Assembly (NCBI GenBank): GCA_963842525.1
Contig: CAWJGT010000004.1
Location: 206,082 to 270,081, forward strand
From: an uncultured Holophagales bacterium
Lineage (GTDB): Bacteria; Acidobacteriota; Thermoanaerobaculia; Multivoradales; UBA5704
DNA length: 64,000 nucleotides
Reading direction: 5' to 3'
Position numbers and translations under genes: made by a program
Part shown: piece after piece, positions 1-11,400 of the stretch
How the letters are laid out: every line of letters begins with the position of its first letter
How positions within the stretch are numbered: position 1 is the stretch's first letter
The notes under the pieces: generated by a model
The model's database searches: none
Told to the model about the DNA's origin: nothing
Seen by the model: the letters and a program-made list of their open reading frames with translations, nothing else

Positions 1-439
1 CGCCGCCTGCCTCCCGGGCCGGTCCTGGAGCTTCCCCTGGCACACGACTTGGGAGCTGGCGCGCTCCTTCTACGTCTACCAGCAGATCCATGGCCACAGG
101 GTCCTGGTCTCGGCTCCCTACGACTTTCCCCGGTATCCACAAATCCGCTTTCGTAATGAGATCCCTCCCGAGCCGGAGGCGATCCTGAAGAGCCCGGCCC
201 GCACCCTGATCGTCCACCGCGAGCCCTCCCTGGAGGAAGAGGCCGCTCAGGGGCCCGGGAGGCCGCCGCGGCGCGCGGCTCCACGCCACCGCCGGCGGTA
301 CCACCGCGCCGCCCTGGTGACGGCGGAGATCCTCACGAGCACCTGGGGTCCGCCGGACTACGCCGACCCCCTGGTGCAGGCCTGGGACCTGGAGAAGGTA
401 CGGCGGAGCCGGCTGGCCGGTATACGCTTCCGCGGATGA
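1..439 (+). CDS. 3' end of a membrane glycosyltransferase-like protein, paralog of the next gene (partial; apparent frameshift near 31-37)
   Basis: Hand translation gives LPPGPVLE/PWHTTWELARSFYVYQQIHGHRVL...QIRFRN...SPARTLIVH...WGPPDYAD...WDLEKVR, which aligns with the C-terminus of 436..2118. TGA at 437-439 overlaps the next ATG (ATGA). Confidence 0.75.
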   Translation, partial: AACLPGRSWSFPWHTTWELARSFYVYQQIHGHRVLVSAPYDFPRYPQIRFRNEIPPEPEAILKSPARTLIVHREPSLEEEAAQGPGRPPRRAAPRHRRRYHRAALVTAEILTSTWGPPDYADPLVQAWDLEKVRRSRLAGIRFRG

Positions 440-2118
440 TCGGAGAGAGACCTGGACTGGACCCCGCGACGGCCTCCCGGCGCGCCCGGCGGCAGCGCTT
501 TTTCCTCGCCCTGTCGCTCGCCGGCTCGGTGCTGGCGGGCCTGGGGCTCCGGCTCTGGAACCTCCGCAATCAGGTGATGGGCGGCGACGAGCTGCACCTG
601 GTGCGCTCGATCCTCGCCCGGACGCTGCCGGAGATCCTGACCACCTATCCGCCGGTCGATACCTCGATCCCCCTGACCGCGCTCTACCGGGTGCTCTTCG
701 CGGCGGGGACGCAGCTCTCGGAGATCGACTTCCGCCTGCCGGCGCTGCTCTGCGGCTGCCTGGCCGTGATCGTCCTGCCCTGGACCTTCGCGCACCGGCT
801 GGACCGCCCGGTCGTGCTGATGTACGCCTGGCTCCTCGCGATCTCCCCCTGCCTGGTTCTCTACAGCCGGATTGCCCGTTCGTACCTGCCCATGGTGCTC
901 TGCGGCTTCGGCGCCGTGATGGCCTTCGAGGCCTGGTGGCGGACCCGCGCGTGGAAATTCGCCGCTCTCTACGTCGGGCTCGGCGCGCTGGCCGCCTGGA
1001 TTCACCTGGGAGCCGCGCCGCTCGTGGCCGCGCCGTGCCTCTTCGCCGCCGGCGACCTGATCGTCCGCCGCGGGGAGCGGTGGCAGCGCCTGCGCGACCT
1101 GGTGGTCGTGGGGATCGGGCTGACCCTCGGCTTCGCCGCCTTCCTGCTGCCGGCCCGCGAGTCGCTCCTGCGGCTGATCGCCCTCAAGCACCGGGATGTG
1201 CGCATCCCGAAGCACGCGATCTGGAACGTCCTCCGGCTGGAGGCGGGGACCCCGTCGACGACCATCGCCATCCTGTTCTGGATCGCGGCCCTCGCCGGGC
1301 TGGTGCTCCTGCTGCGCGATCCACTGCGGGACCATCGCCGGCTCGGCGCCTTCACCGCGACGGTGGCCGCCGGCCAGATCCTGGGCATCCGCCTCCTCTC
1401 GCCGCTGGGGGCGAACAGCCCGCTGATCCTCAACCGCTATCTGCTGCCGGTCCTCCCCTTCGTCCTCCTCTGGGTGGCCTATGGGCTCGGCCGGCTGTGG
1501 AACCGGAAAGCCGCCGGGTGCGCGGGCTGGGCCGCGCAACGCTATGCGGTGCGGATCTTCGTCCTCCTCCTGTTCTGGACCGGGCCGTTCCTCTCTCCCG
1601 GGTTCCGGGACAGCTCGTTCATGCATCACAACGATTTCGTGGGTTTCTGGGCACCGCGCGCCTCGCTGCCGGACGCGCTGGTGCCGGAGGCCTACCGCCA
1701 TCTGCCGCGCGGGCCGGTGGTGGAGTACCCCTGGCCCGCAATCTGGGAGTTCGGGCGTACCTTCTACATCTACCAGCGCGTTCACGACCGGCGGGTGATC
1801 GGCGCTTCGACCGAGATCCCGTGGCATCCGCAGATCCGCTTCCGCAATGCGCTGCCTCCTGATCCCCAGGCTTTTCTGGCGAGCCCGGCCCGCACGCTCG
1901 TCGTCCACGTCCGCCTCCCCTGGGAGGAGGACCGCGTGCAGACCCCCGGCCGGCGGCCCTGGCGCATTCCCGCGGGAAGGCGGCGCGCCAACTACCGCCG
2001 TGCCGGCGAGCGGCTCGCCAGGCGCCTCACCGCGGAATGGGGGCCGCCGGATGCGGGCGATGACACGGTGCGGGTGTGGGATCTGGAGAGGGTCAGAAAA
2101 GGACAACAAGGACAGTAA
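436..2118 (+). CDS. GT-C fold (GT39/ArnT-like) membrane glycosyltransferase
   Basis: GLRLWNL...GDE motif after TM1, YSRIARSY loop, many TM segments, soluble C-terminal domain. Confidence 0.75.
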   Translation: MIGERPGLDPATASRRARRQRFFLALSLAGSVLAGLGLRLWNLRNQVMGGDELHLVRSILARTLPEILTTYPPVDTSIPLTALYRVLFAAGTQLSEIDFRLPALLCGCLAVIVLPWTFAHRLDRPVVLMYAWLLAISPCLVLYSRIARSYLPMVLCGFGAVMAFEAWWRTRAWKFAALYVGLGALAAWIHLGAAPLVAAPCLFAAGDLIVRRGERWQRLRDLVVVGIGLTLGFAAFLLPARESLLRLIALKHRDVRIPKHAIWNVLRLEAGTPSTTIAILFWIAALAGLVLLLRDPLRDHRRLGAFTATVAAGQILGIRLLSPLGANSPLILNRYLLPVLPFVLLWVAYGLGRLWNRKAAGCAGWAAQRYAVRIFVLLLFWTGPFLSPGFRDSSFMHHNDFVGFWAPRASLPDALVPEAYRHLPRGPVVEYPWPAIWEFGRTFYIYQRVHDRRVIGASTEIPWHPQIRFRNALPPDPQAFLASPARTLVVHVRLPWEEDRVQTPGRRPWRIPAGRRRANYRRAGERLARRLTAEWGPPDAGDDTVRVWDLERVRKGQQGQ

Positions 2119-4599
2119 GGACAATAAGGACGGCAAGGACGAGCGGCTTTTTGGGGTCCTTGGAGTCCTTGTTGTCCTTTGAGTCCTTTCCGGGCCTCGG
2201 CAACCACAGCACCAGCGCAGCCGCCAGCGCGCCAGCCGCCAGCAGCGCCCCCGCCACCAGCCCCCGCGGCCGGTAGAGCAGCTCGACCGCGCGCTCGCCC
2301 GCCGGCAGCCAGGCGGCCACGAAAGGTCCGTTGGCGACGAGGGTCGGATGGCGCTCGCCGTCCACCAGGAGCCGCCAGCCGCCGTCCTGGTAGACGCTGG
2401 AGGCGAGGAGGCGGGGCTCGAGTCAGCCGTGCCCGGGCGCGGATCCACGCCGGGTGGAGCTCCCGGAGGTCGAGCGCAGAGTCCCGCGGGGCCGCGGCCT
2501 CCCAGGGGTCTTCTGTGGACAGCAGCGCGCTCCGGCGCCGGAAGTTGCCGATCGGCTGTGTACACCGGTTCCAGGTCAGCCCGGGCCGGCAGGGGATGGC
2601 GGAGCGCGGCAGGAACAGGCGCGGCAGCGCGCGCTGGTCCTCCCAGACCCAGGCGCTCCGGTGGCGGAGGACCGGCCGCATCGGTCGCGAGAGCCGGGTC
2701 CTCGGCGTGGTCACGAAGTACCGCACGCCCAGGAGCTGATAGAGCGCGTCCTGCGGCAGGATGAAAGCCGTCCGTCGCCCGGAAGGGGAAGCCATGGATG
2801 CGCCGGATCGCCTGGACGACCGCGGTCGGCTTGGCCGGATTGGAGGTCCGCGGGTCGGCGAGGCCGTAGACCGACGGGATGTTGGCGCGCAGGGCCGGGC
2901 CCAGTCCCACCATCCGATGCCAGGGATCGAGGTGCTGGCGCACGAATTCGATGGGACGCACCGCGGGATAGAAGAGCCGCGCCGGCACCGCCGCATTGAC
3001 CGGTCCATGGATGAAGAGGAGCTCGGCACCCACGCAGGCCGCGACTGCCCAGCCGGCGAGGCGGGGCCGGCGCGATCCAAGAGCCGAGAGCAGGACCGCC
3101 GTGGCGGCCAGCGCCGTGAGCTGGACCGCCAGCGAAGCCTTCCGCAGCCCCTCGAATGCCGCGCTCGCTTCCGGGTCCGGATAAGCCAGATAGGTCCACA
3201 CGATCAGGGCACCCAGGCCGGCCGCCGCTAAGCCGGCGCGCCAGAGGCGCATTTCTCCCCGCAGCCACCGTTCCCAGGCGCAGGCAGCGAGGTAGGCCAC
3301 GCAGAATCCGAGGGTCAGCAGGATGCGCCGGTGCAGCGTGAGCGAGTCGCGCAGCACGGGCACGGCGAGGAGAGCCCGGGCGACCCACGGCGCGCGGGTG
3401 AGCACGACCACCGCGAGGAGGCTGGCGCCGAGCACCACGCGCTCCTGCCGGAACCGCCGGCCGCCCCCGGGCAGCAGCGTCAGGAAGGCGGCGAGCAGGG
3501 CGGCGGTGCCCACGAAGGCCGTCGCGTCCTCGTTGCTGTTGCCCTCGCCCCAGTAGGCGCCGAACCTGCTGTCGCCGAAGGCGCGGGGCGCGACGACGGG
3601 CAGCATGCGCTCCCCGAGGCCCGTGCCGCCCGGCGCGAGCTGCTCCTCCGACATGCTCGCCCGCACGATCCGGGCGCGGCGGGATTCGAGGAGCTGCACC
3701 CGCAGGCTCGCCGGCAGGTACCCGGCCGCCGTCAGCAGCCCGGGTCCGGCCAGGCCGGCGCCGATCGCCACGGCCACGGCCCAGCCGAGCAGCGGCTTTT
3801 TCCTCGTGCCGGCCGGACGCGCCGCCAGGCGGGAGAGGGCGAAGGCCGCCGCGAGGAGCGCGAGGTGGAGGATCGTCTCCGGGTGCCCGGCGCCGAGGAC
3901 GGCGAAGGTCGCCAGGGCGAGCAGGGCCTGGTCGCGCCGGGTCCCAGGGTCGTCGACCCGGACGACCGCGTAGAGCAGCAGCGGCAGGAGCGCCGCTGTA
4001 TTCGCCATCGGCCAGTTGAGCCAGAGGAGGAGCCCGCCGCCGAGCCCGTAGGCCAGACTGGCGGCCAGGGAGGGCGCCTCCGAGATCCCCTGCCGGCGCA
4101 GCAAAAGGAAGGAGAAAACGAAGGCGATCAGCACGCGCACCGCGGCCGTGACCGCTACCCCTGCGGCCACGGGGAAGGGGAGGGCGAGCCAGACCAGCGG
4201 CTGGAGCGCCTGCGTCTGCGGGTTGCCCAGCAGCGGCTCGCCGGCCCCGGCCAGATGGTTCCAGAGCGGCCACTCGCCGGCCACCACCGCCTCCCGCACC
4301 CGGATCAGCCAGGGGGTGATCTGGAGGATCAGATCGGTCTGCAGGAGGTTGCCCGGTGGCGGTCCGGCGCCGGCCGGCCAGATCTCGCGAAACGGCGGAA
4401 TCCGGGTCAGGGCCCCGAGAGGGAGCAGGACGCGGCCGGCGAAGAGCGCCGGACCGAAGAGGACCAGCAGCGCGGCCCCCCACACCGCCCAGCAGCGGAC
4501 CGGGACCGGGTCGTACCAGCGCCGCAGCGCCACGGCGAGCAGCGTTGCGAGGAGGGCCACCCAGAGCCCGGGCAGGAGACAGAGGGGGAAGTCGTGCAC
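2093..4599 (-). CDS. YfhO-family membrane protein (GT-C like), split by about two frameshifts (near 2770 and 2410)
   Basis: GEWPLWN...GEPLLGNPQ and GHPET motifs. Continues in a second frame (LLGVRYFV...ALPRLFL) and a third frame (DGERHPTLVANGPFVAAWLPAGERAVELLYRP), as expected for a YfhO C-terminus. Confidence 0.75.
2098..2190. repeat. Inverted pair of 9-bp tandem repeats, (AAGGACNNN)x5 and (GTCCTTNNN)x4
   Basis: aaggacaac-aaggacagt-aaggacaat-aaggacggc-aaggac followed by gtccttgga-gtccttgtt-gtcctttga-gtccttt, at the junction of two convergent genes. Confidence 0.85.
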
Positions 4600-4650
4600 G
4601 ACGGGGCGAATCCTAAACCAGAGCCGCTGGTCGTGGTTGCCCGGCCAGGA

Positions 4651-4721
4651 TCCTCACCCCCTGACCCCCTCTCCCATCTCCCTTCCACCCCCCGCCGGGA
4701 GAGGGGGACAGGGGGTGAGGA
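4651..4721. repeat. REP-like palindrome of the CCTCACCCC..CCCTCTCCC..GGGAGAGGG..GGGGTGAGG type
   Basis: tcctcaccccc pairs with gggggtgagga and encloses ccccctctccc/gggagaggggg. Same motif family as the cores at 18929 and 40329. Confidence 0.8.
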
Positions 4722-4791
4722 CTCCGCGCGTCCTGCGCTAGAGTTCCCGGACCGCTCGGGGCAGACGCTCCGGGCTTGAAAAGGGGAATCC

Positions 4792-6880
4792 ATGCGCCAG
4801 CCGCTCTTCGCTTTTGCCTGCCTCCTCTGCCTCGCCGCCTCCGCGGTCCGGGCCGCGGAGCCTCATCCGTTCACCGCCCGCGACCTGAATGCGATGCAGC
4901 GGATCAGCGATCCGCAGGCCTCTCCCGATGGCCGCTGGGTGGCCTTCGTGGTGCGGACCACCGACTTCGAGGCCAACCGGGGCCGCAACGACATCTGGGT
5001 GGTGGGGGTCGACGGCAAGGGGCTCTTCCAGCTCACCACCGACCCGGCCGGCGACACCAGCCCGCGCTGGTCGGCCGACGGCAAGAGCCTCTACTACCTC
5101 TCGACCCGCTCCGGCTCCAGCCAGGTCTGGCGGGTCCCGGTCCCGGGCACGGACAAGGCGGCGGTCCAGGTGACCGATCTCCCGCTCGACGTGGCGAACC
5201 TCACGCTCGCGCCCGGCGACTCCCGCCTGGCCTTCAGCCTCGAGGTCTTTCCGCACTGCCCGGACCTCGCCTGCACCAGCGCAGCGTCTCGACGACAAGG
5301 CGAAGAGCAAGAGCTCGGGGCAGCTCTACGACGGCGGCTTCGTCCGCCACTGGGACACCTGGAGCGACGGGCGCCGCAACCACCTGTTCGTGGCGCCGCT
5401 CGCGGCGGGCAGGATCGGCACGCCGGTGGACATCAGCCGGACGCTGGCCGATGCCGACGTCCCCTCGCGGCCGTTCGGCGGTGCCGAAGAGTGGACCTTC
5501 TCTCCGGACGGCAGGACGCTGGTCTTCACCGCCCGCCTCGCCGGCGAGAAGAACCGCGAGGAGCCCTGGTCCACCAATTTCGACCTCTGGGAGGTGCCGG
5601 TGGACGGCTCCCGGCCGCCGCGCAACATGACCTCGGCCAACCCGGCCTGGGACGCGCAGCCGGTCTTTGCGCCGGACGGCAAGACCCTGGCCTACCTGCG
5701 GATGGCGCGCCCGGGCTTCGAGGCCGACCGTTTCCGCATCGTCCTGCGCGACCTCGCCACCGGCCGCGAGCGGGTCGTCGCCGAGGAGTGGGACCGCTCG
5801 CCCGCCGGCGTCTTCTTCTCGGCCGACGGCCGCACCCTCTACGCGACCGCGACGGATACCGGCCAGACGCCGCTCTTCGCCATCGACGCCGCCTCCGGCA
5901 AGGTGCGCAAGCTGGTCGCGGAGGGGCATGCGCGCTCGCCGGTGCCGGCCGGCGACCGGATCGTCTTCGGGCTCGATCACCTGCGCGCACCGGTGGACCT
6001 GCACACGGTCCGCGCCGACGGCTCGGACCTGCGCAAGATCACCGACTTCAACCGCGATCTGCTGGCGGCGGTCCGCTTCGGCGAGCCCGAGCAATTCAGC
6101 TTCGAGGGGGCCGGCGGCGACAAGGTCTGGGGCTGGGTGACGAAGCCCGCCGGGTTCCGGCAAGGAGGCAAATATCCCGTCGCCCTGTTCATCCACGGCG
6201 GCCCGCAGGGCTCCTTCAGCAACGAAATGCACTATCGCTGGAACCCCCAGGTCTTTGCCGGCGCCGGTTACGGCGTGGTCTCCATCGACTTCCACGGCTC
6301 GACCGGCTATGGCCAGGCTTTCACCGATGCCATCCGTGAGGACTGGGGAGGCAAGCCGCTGGTCGACCTCCAGAAAGGGCTGGCCGCGGCCGTCGAGCGC
6401 CATCCCTGGCTCGACGGCGACCGCGCCTGCGCCCTCGGCGCCTCCTACGGCGGCTACATGGTGGCCTGGATCGCCGGCCACTGGCCCGAGCGCTTCCGCT
6501 GCCTGGTCAATCACGACGGGATCCTCGATCAGCGGATGATGTATTACGGCACCGAAGAGATCTGGTTTCCCGAGTGGGAGCAAGGCGGGCCGCATTGGGA
6601 GAACCCCGAGGGCTACGAGGCGCAAAACCCGGTGAATTTCGTCGCGCGCTGGAAGACGCCCATGCTCGTCATCCATGGCGGCCTCGACTACCGCATCCCC
6701 GACAACCAGGGTTTCGCCACCTTCAACGCCCTGCAGCGCCGCGGCATCCCCAGCCGCTTCCTCTACTTCCCGGACGAGAACCACTGGGTGCTCAAACCCG
6801 GCAACGCCCTGCTCTGGCACGAGGTCGTCCTGGGCTGGCTCGACCGCTGGCTGAAGGAGGAGAAGCAGACGTCCAGGTAG
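4792..6880 (+). CDS. Secreted S9-family (dipeptidyl/acylaminoacyl) peptidase with a frameshift near 5285
   Basis: Signal peptide, SPDG propeller repeats, IHGGPQ, nucleophile GASYGG, HGGLDYRI and FPDENHW. N-terminus is in ORF 4792 and the remainder in ORF 5390. Confidence 0.9.
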
Positions 6881-7105
6881 CCCGAGCGAAAGCTTTATCG
6901 CGGATTCGTCACATTTTTATGGGAGGAGAAGCCGTCGAATTTTCACCTTTTCTGTGGGCTCGCGGGTTGTCCAGGTTTCTTCCATGATTTTGTCCCGCGA
7001 AACGGCCCAGCGGCAACGTTGTCTATAGAGGGCAGTGCCATTTCTCGTTTAGCTGTAAAGAGATAGCACGGCATAGCTGCCCTCGCAGTAGCAGGAGGAC
7101 GTTGG

Positions 7106-8431
7106 ATGAACACCGCCGCTTTCCCGATGCCGGGCGCCCTGCGCTGGCGCGCCATGATCCCTTTGATCAATGGAGATGGTTCGTGCAGCCTGGTCTACGA
7201 CCTGGAGCGCGCCGCCGTCCTGGAAGTCCCCGAAGAGCTCCAGTTCCATGTCGCTCTGGCTCTCGAGACCGGCGACCCGGACGACGGCCTGCTGACCTGG
7301 CTGGTCAACGAAGACCTCCTCACCGCGGAAGGCTGGGCAGGCTGGAGCGGGGACACGGCAGATGGGAGCTGGTGGGGCCCTGGCTCCGGATCGGCCTGGC
7401 GGGGCTGCGACGAGGTCCGCGCCTGCCTCGGCCCGGTCGCGGACGACGAGGTGGGCACGGCCCTGGAGGCGGTCTTCAAGCAGAGCGCCGGCGCCTCCCG
7501 CCTGCACCTGTCCCTGGACTGGAACGGCGCCTTCCCCGGCAGCCCCTGCCTGGAGCGGATCGTCGTCGAGGCCGGCCGCCTGGCGTCCCTCGCAAAGCAG
7601 GAGGCCTCCTTTACCCTGACCCTGGACGTCCGGCAGGTGACGCCGGTCGCCACGGCGTGCGCGGGCGACTACCCGATCCACCTGCGGGTGCGCTGCGGCG
7701 CCTTCCCGGCGCGGGAGAGCGATCCGGCGAGCCGCCGGGCCTGGGCCTCGGTCACCGCCCTCCTTCTCCGGCTCGCGGGCCTGGAGGAGCGCGTCACCGT
7801 GAGCTGCACCCTCGGCGAGGGAGCGCGGCTGCTCGACCTCTGGAGCTGGGCCAAGCGGGCCGGCATCCGCCACCTGGACGCGGTCCGCCTGTCGGGCAGC
7901 CAGGTCCACGAATACCGCAACGACCTCCTCGCGGTCTCGCAGGAGATGTCGGCAGACCTCGAGGCACGGCGCACCCCGACCGGCTACCTGCCCCTGACCC
8001 GGATCGTCCGCCGGCTCATGAACAGCGAGCCGCTGACCCGGTTCCGCGAGGCTGCCAGCGGCTGGGGCCTGGGAGTGGGTGTCAGCCGGCTGGAGAGCCT
8101 GGCGCTCGATCCGTGGACGAGCACCGAAGACGACGACGAGGCGCCAGGAGAGGCCGCCGCCGGTGCCGCGCCCTGCCTCGGCTGCTGGGCCCGCCAGATC
8201 TGCAACCACAGCTCGCTTCTCGCCACCGCTGTCGAGGAGGACCCGCGGGCGCCCTCCCGCGAGAGCTGTGCCGTCTGGCTCGCCGAGGTCGAGGTGGCTC
8301 TCCGCTTCTACCACCGTCTCGCCCAGTGCGAGCCCATCGAGGTGCTCCGGTTCCTCGGCGAATCGGCCCGCATGGCCACGGAGCCCCTGGGCTGGCGCGA
8401 GGACCTGGGATTCACGAAGCAGCCGAGCTGA
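7106..8431 (+). CDS. Degenerate radical SAM/SPASM-family protein (CteB/QhpD-like layout) lacking CxxxCxxC
   Basis: RRE-like N-terminus (SLVYDLERAAVLEVPE), barrel elements LHLSLDW/FTLTLD/IHLRVR/VTVSCTL, C-terminal CLGCWARQIC...C. RBS GGAGG upstream. Confidence 0.65.
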   Translation: MNTAAFPMPGALRWRAMIPLINGDGSCSLVYDLERAAVLEVPEELQFHVALALETGDPDDGLLTWLVNEDLLTAEGWAGWSGDTADGSWWGPGSGSAWRGCDEVRACLGPVADDEVGTALEAVFKQSAGASRLHLSLDWNGAFPGSPCLERIVVEAGRLASLAKQEASFTLTLDVRQVTPVATACAGDYPIHLRVRCGAFPARESDPASRRAWASVTALLLRLAGLEERVTVSCTLGEGARLLDLWSWAKRAGIRHLDAVRLSGSQVHEYRNDLLAVSQEMSADLEARRTPTGYLPLTRIVRRLMNSEPLTRFREAASGWGLGVGVSRLESLALDPWTSTEDDDEAPGEAAAGAAPCLGCWARQICNHSSLLATAVEEDPRAPSRESCAVWLAEVEVALRFYHRLAQCEPIEVLRFLGESARMATEPLGWREDLGFTKQPS

Positions 8432-8488
8432 GCCCTCTTCCGCTCGCCCGCACAGACCCGACTCCAACCAGGTCAGGAGTGTTGGCCG

Positions 8489-11400
8489 ATGCCCGAATCA
8501 TCCAGAGACAGGTCGTTCCGCGCGCTGGAGCTCCTCGCCTACAAGCTGCCGTTGAGGCCGGGGAGGGAGACGCGGGAGGATCGCAGCCGGAGCATGCTGC
8601 TGCGGGCGCTCGACCAGGGGACGGCTGTCGCCTTCATCGGCAGCGGGATCTCGCGCCCTTTCGGATATCCGAGCTGGACCGGGCTCTCCCTGGAGGTGCT
8701 CCGGCGCACCGTACGAGCGCTCGAGCAGGCGGACCATGTCGCTCCCGGATCCCTGGAGTACATCACGGAGCTGCGCGAGGGTGCCCGTCGCATCGGAAAG
8801 AAGCTGCCGCCCAATGCTCTGATGTTCATGATCGGAGCCTGCAAGAAGGTGCTCGCGCAGAACGATCTGAGCCTCGTCTACGACAGCCTGTTCGAGAAGC
8901 GTTTCGCCCAGGCACCGCGCTCCAACTGCGAAGCCCATGTGTTCCAGGCGCTTCTCGCCATGCCGATCCAAAGGTTCGTGACCACGAATTACGATTGCGA
9001 GATCGAGCGGGCTCTGGCACGTTTCCGCCAGGGTGCGGTGACCCCAAAGGATTTCGGTCTCGGATCGAAGCAGGACAGGCCGGATCGCAAGGGCCGGCTC
9101 TCCTTTACGCAGCACACTGAAAACCTGGGGCGGCTCGCGCTCTTCGCTCTCGCGGGAGCCCGGGGCAATGAGAACATGGTCTTTCACTGCCACGGACGTT
9201 TCGACGATCCGGCATCCATCATCGCGACCGAGGCCGACTATCAGCAGTGGTACCTCGGGCAGGAGGATGGCGCCTTCCGCTCGTTCCAGCAGAGCATCGA
9301 GTTCCTCCTCGGCTCGAACCCGCTCCTCTTCATCGGTTACAGCCTGAGCGACGAGGATCTTTTGCACCCCCTGCGCCAGCTCGGCGTCCTCGATCCGACG
9401 CGCAAGGACTCGCGGCCCATCTTCGCGCTTCTCAAGTGCTCCGCGAAGAATCCGGAGGTGGATAGATACCACCACGACGCATTGTTCGAGCGGTATGGAT
9501 TGCACGTCATCTCCTACCCGCTGGGGGAGAAACCCGACAACGAGACCGATGCGCTGCGCCGGGAGCTCGTGCAGATCCAGGACGACTTGAAAGCGGCGCA
9601 CCGCCGATGGTCCCAGAAGCCTTTTCTGAAGAGGCCGGAGCGTCGTCCGGACGACAGCGAGCCGTACTGCGAGATCCAGGACGCCACGGAAGTTCCAGTG
9701 AAGCGTCTGGACCGCCTGGAGGACGAGGTCCACCGTCCGGGCATTCTGGTCCTGACCGGTCCTTCCGGCGCCGGCAAATCCCTCCATGCGATCCGTCTGG
9801 CGCGGGACTCGGGCTTCCCCAAGGCGTTCTACTGGAATGCCCACTATGCCCACGAGGCGGTGACCGCGATCGACAATGCCCTCGAATACTTCGGCTTCGG
9901 TCCGGCGCCGGAGATCCAGGGCTCGCGGTACGATCGGATCGCCGAGTGCCTGCAGAAGAACCGCTACCTGTTGATCATCGACGGCTGTGAGAGGCTGCTG
10001 CGCAAGGGGGAGAAACCGGGTGAAGGGGTCTCCTACAGCGTCACCTTCCGCCGTCTGCTGAGAGCTTTTGCCGATCCGAAAAGCCAGAGCACGGTGGTCC
10101 TGACGAGCCGGCTGTGGCCGGCCGACCTCGACCAGCTCCGCTGGGAGGATGGGGGCAGGCCCATCATCCGGCGCCTCCCGGTCCTGCGTGTGGAGGCGCG
10201 CGACCTCGTGAGCAACGAGCTCTTTGCCGGCCTGCCGGAGCCCGATCTCTCGGCCCTCTGCTCGCTCTTGCGGGGACACAACTACGGGTTGTTCCTCGCG
10301 GGCAGGTATCTGCGGGCCCAGGAGGGGAACGAGGAGCGGCGGCAAGCCCTGCGAGAGCTCAATCAGCAGCTCGCCGACCAGCTCCGCGACGAAAGGCTCC
10401 AGGAGATGGTCTGCCGGCAGATGAGGTGGATTGACGAGCACATGGGCGGAGGAGTGGTGCTGGCCTTCCTGGAGAGGCTCTCGCTTTTCCTCGGCGCGGT
10501 TTGTCAGGAGACCCTCGACCTCTGCTACGAGGAGGCCTGCCCGGCGGCGTTGTCGCAGGAGAAGCGGTCGTGCAACGTCGTGCGCGACCGCCTGATCGAA
10601 GCCGGTCTGCTCTTCCGGATGCGTCCGCGGGACTCCGGGGAAATTGCCGAGGCCTACACGGTGCACTCGACGGCCCGTGAAGCCTTGTTCCGCCGCTGGC
10701 ACGGCCTTGCCTCCGAGTCGCTTCCTGCCTTCGGTCTGTCCGGATTCACCTCGGGGCGCGTCGGCGTCGATCCGGATCGGGCTCGTGGCCCCCTGATTCA
10801 AAGGCTTTTCAACCGCCTGATCGAAGTCGCCGAGCTGCGGCTCGACAGGGCGGAGAAGGCGAAGGAGGAGGGCCAGGGGAACGCGGAAGAGGACGCGAGG
10901 AGAGTGGCCCGCGGCCTCTGCCGTGACGCCTTCGGTCTGGTGCGGACCCGGATGGAAGCGAACACGGCGCCGCGGTGGACCACGTACGACAAATACGTTC
11001 AGCTCCCGCTCGCCGTCGCGGTGCTGGCGAAGCGGGCGGCGCCGGGCTTCTGGAGCTACTGCGAGCACGCCGATGCATACGACCTCGCCGAAAGGGAGAA
11101 CGCGCCTCTCTATCCGGCCGAGTTGGCCTGGCTCTACAACGATATCGCTCTCGCGCTGAGCGCCTCGGGGGATGTCCTCGATGCTTGCTCGTTCTGGGAG
11201 CAGGCCTACGAGATCAGCCGCCTCATCGAGCACCCCGGTACAGGCGGCGGGTTTCACCTGGAGATCCTGTTGAGCCTCGCCTTCACCACCATCGAAAGCG
11301 GGCGGATTCCCGCAGCCATGAGATACCTGGATGACGCCGAGCGCCTCCTGCGTGAGTTTCATGACGAGGATTACGCGGCGCGGCTCCTCGGTCTTCGCGG

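Noticed and set aside
358-2118. 1413-aa product of ORF 358..4599
   Set aside because: After about residue 610 it is off-frame read-through antisense to the gene at 436..2118, caused by a frameshift.
6881-7105. RiPP precursor for the radical-SAM-like gene (short ORFs MGGEAVEF... and MILSRETA...), with the S9 peptidase as a processing enzyme
   Set aside because: The short ORFs lack a clear RBS and leader/core features. The S9 enzyme is an ordinary secreted peptidase and the radical SAM motif is missing.
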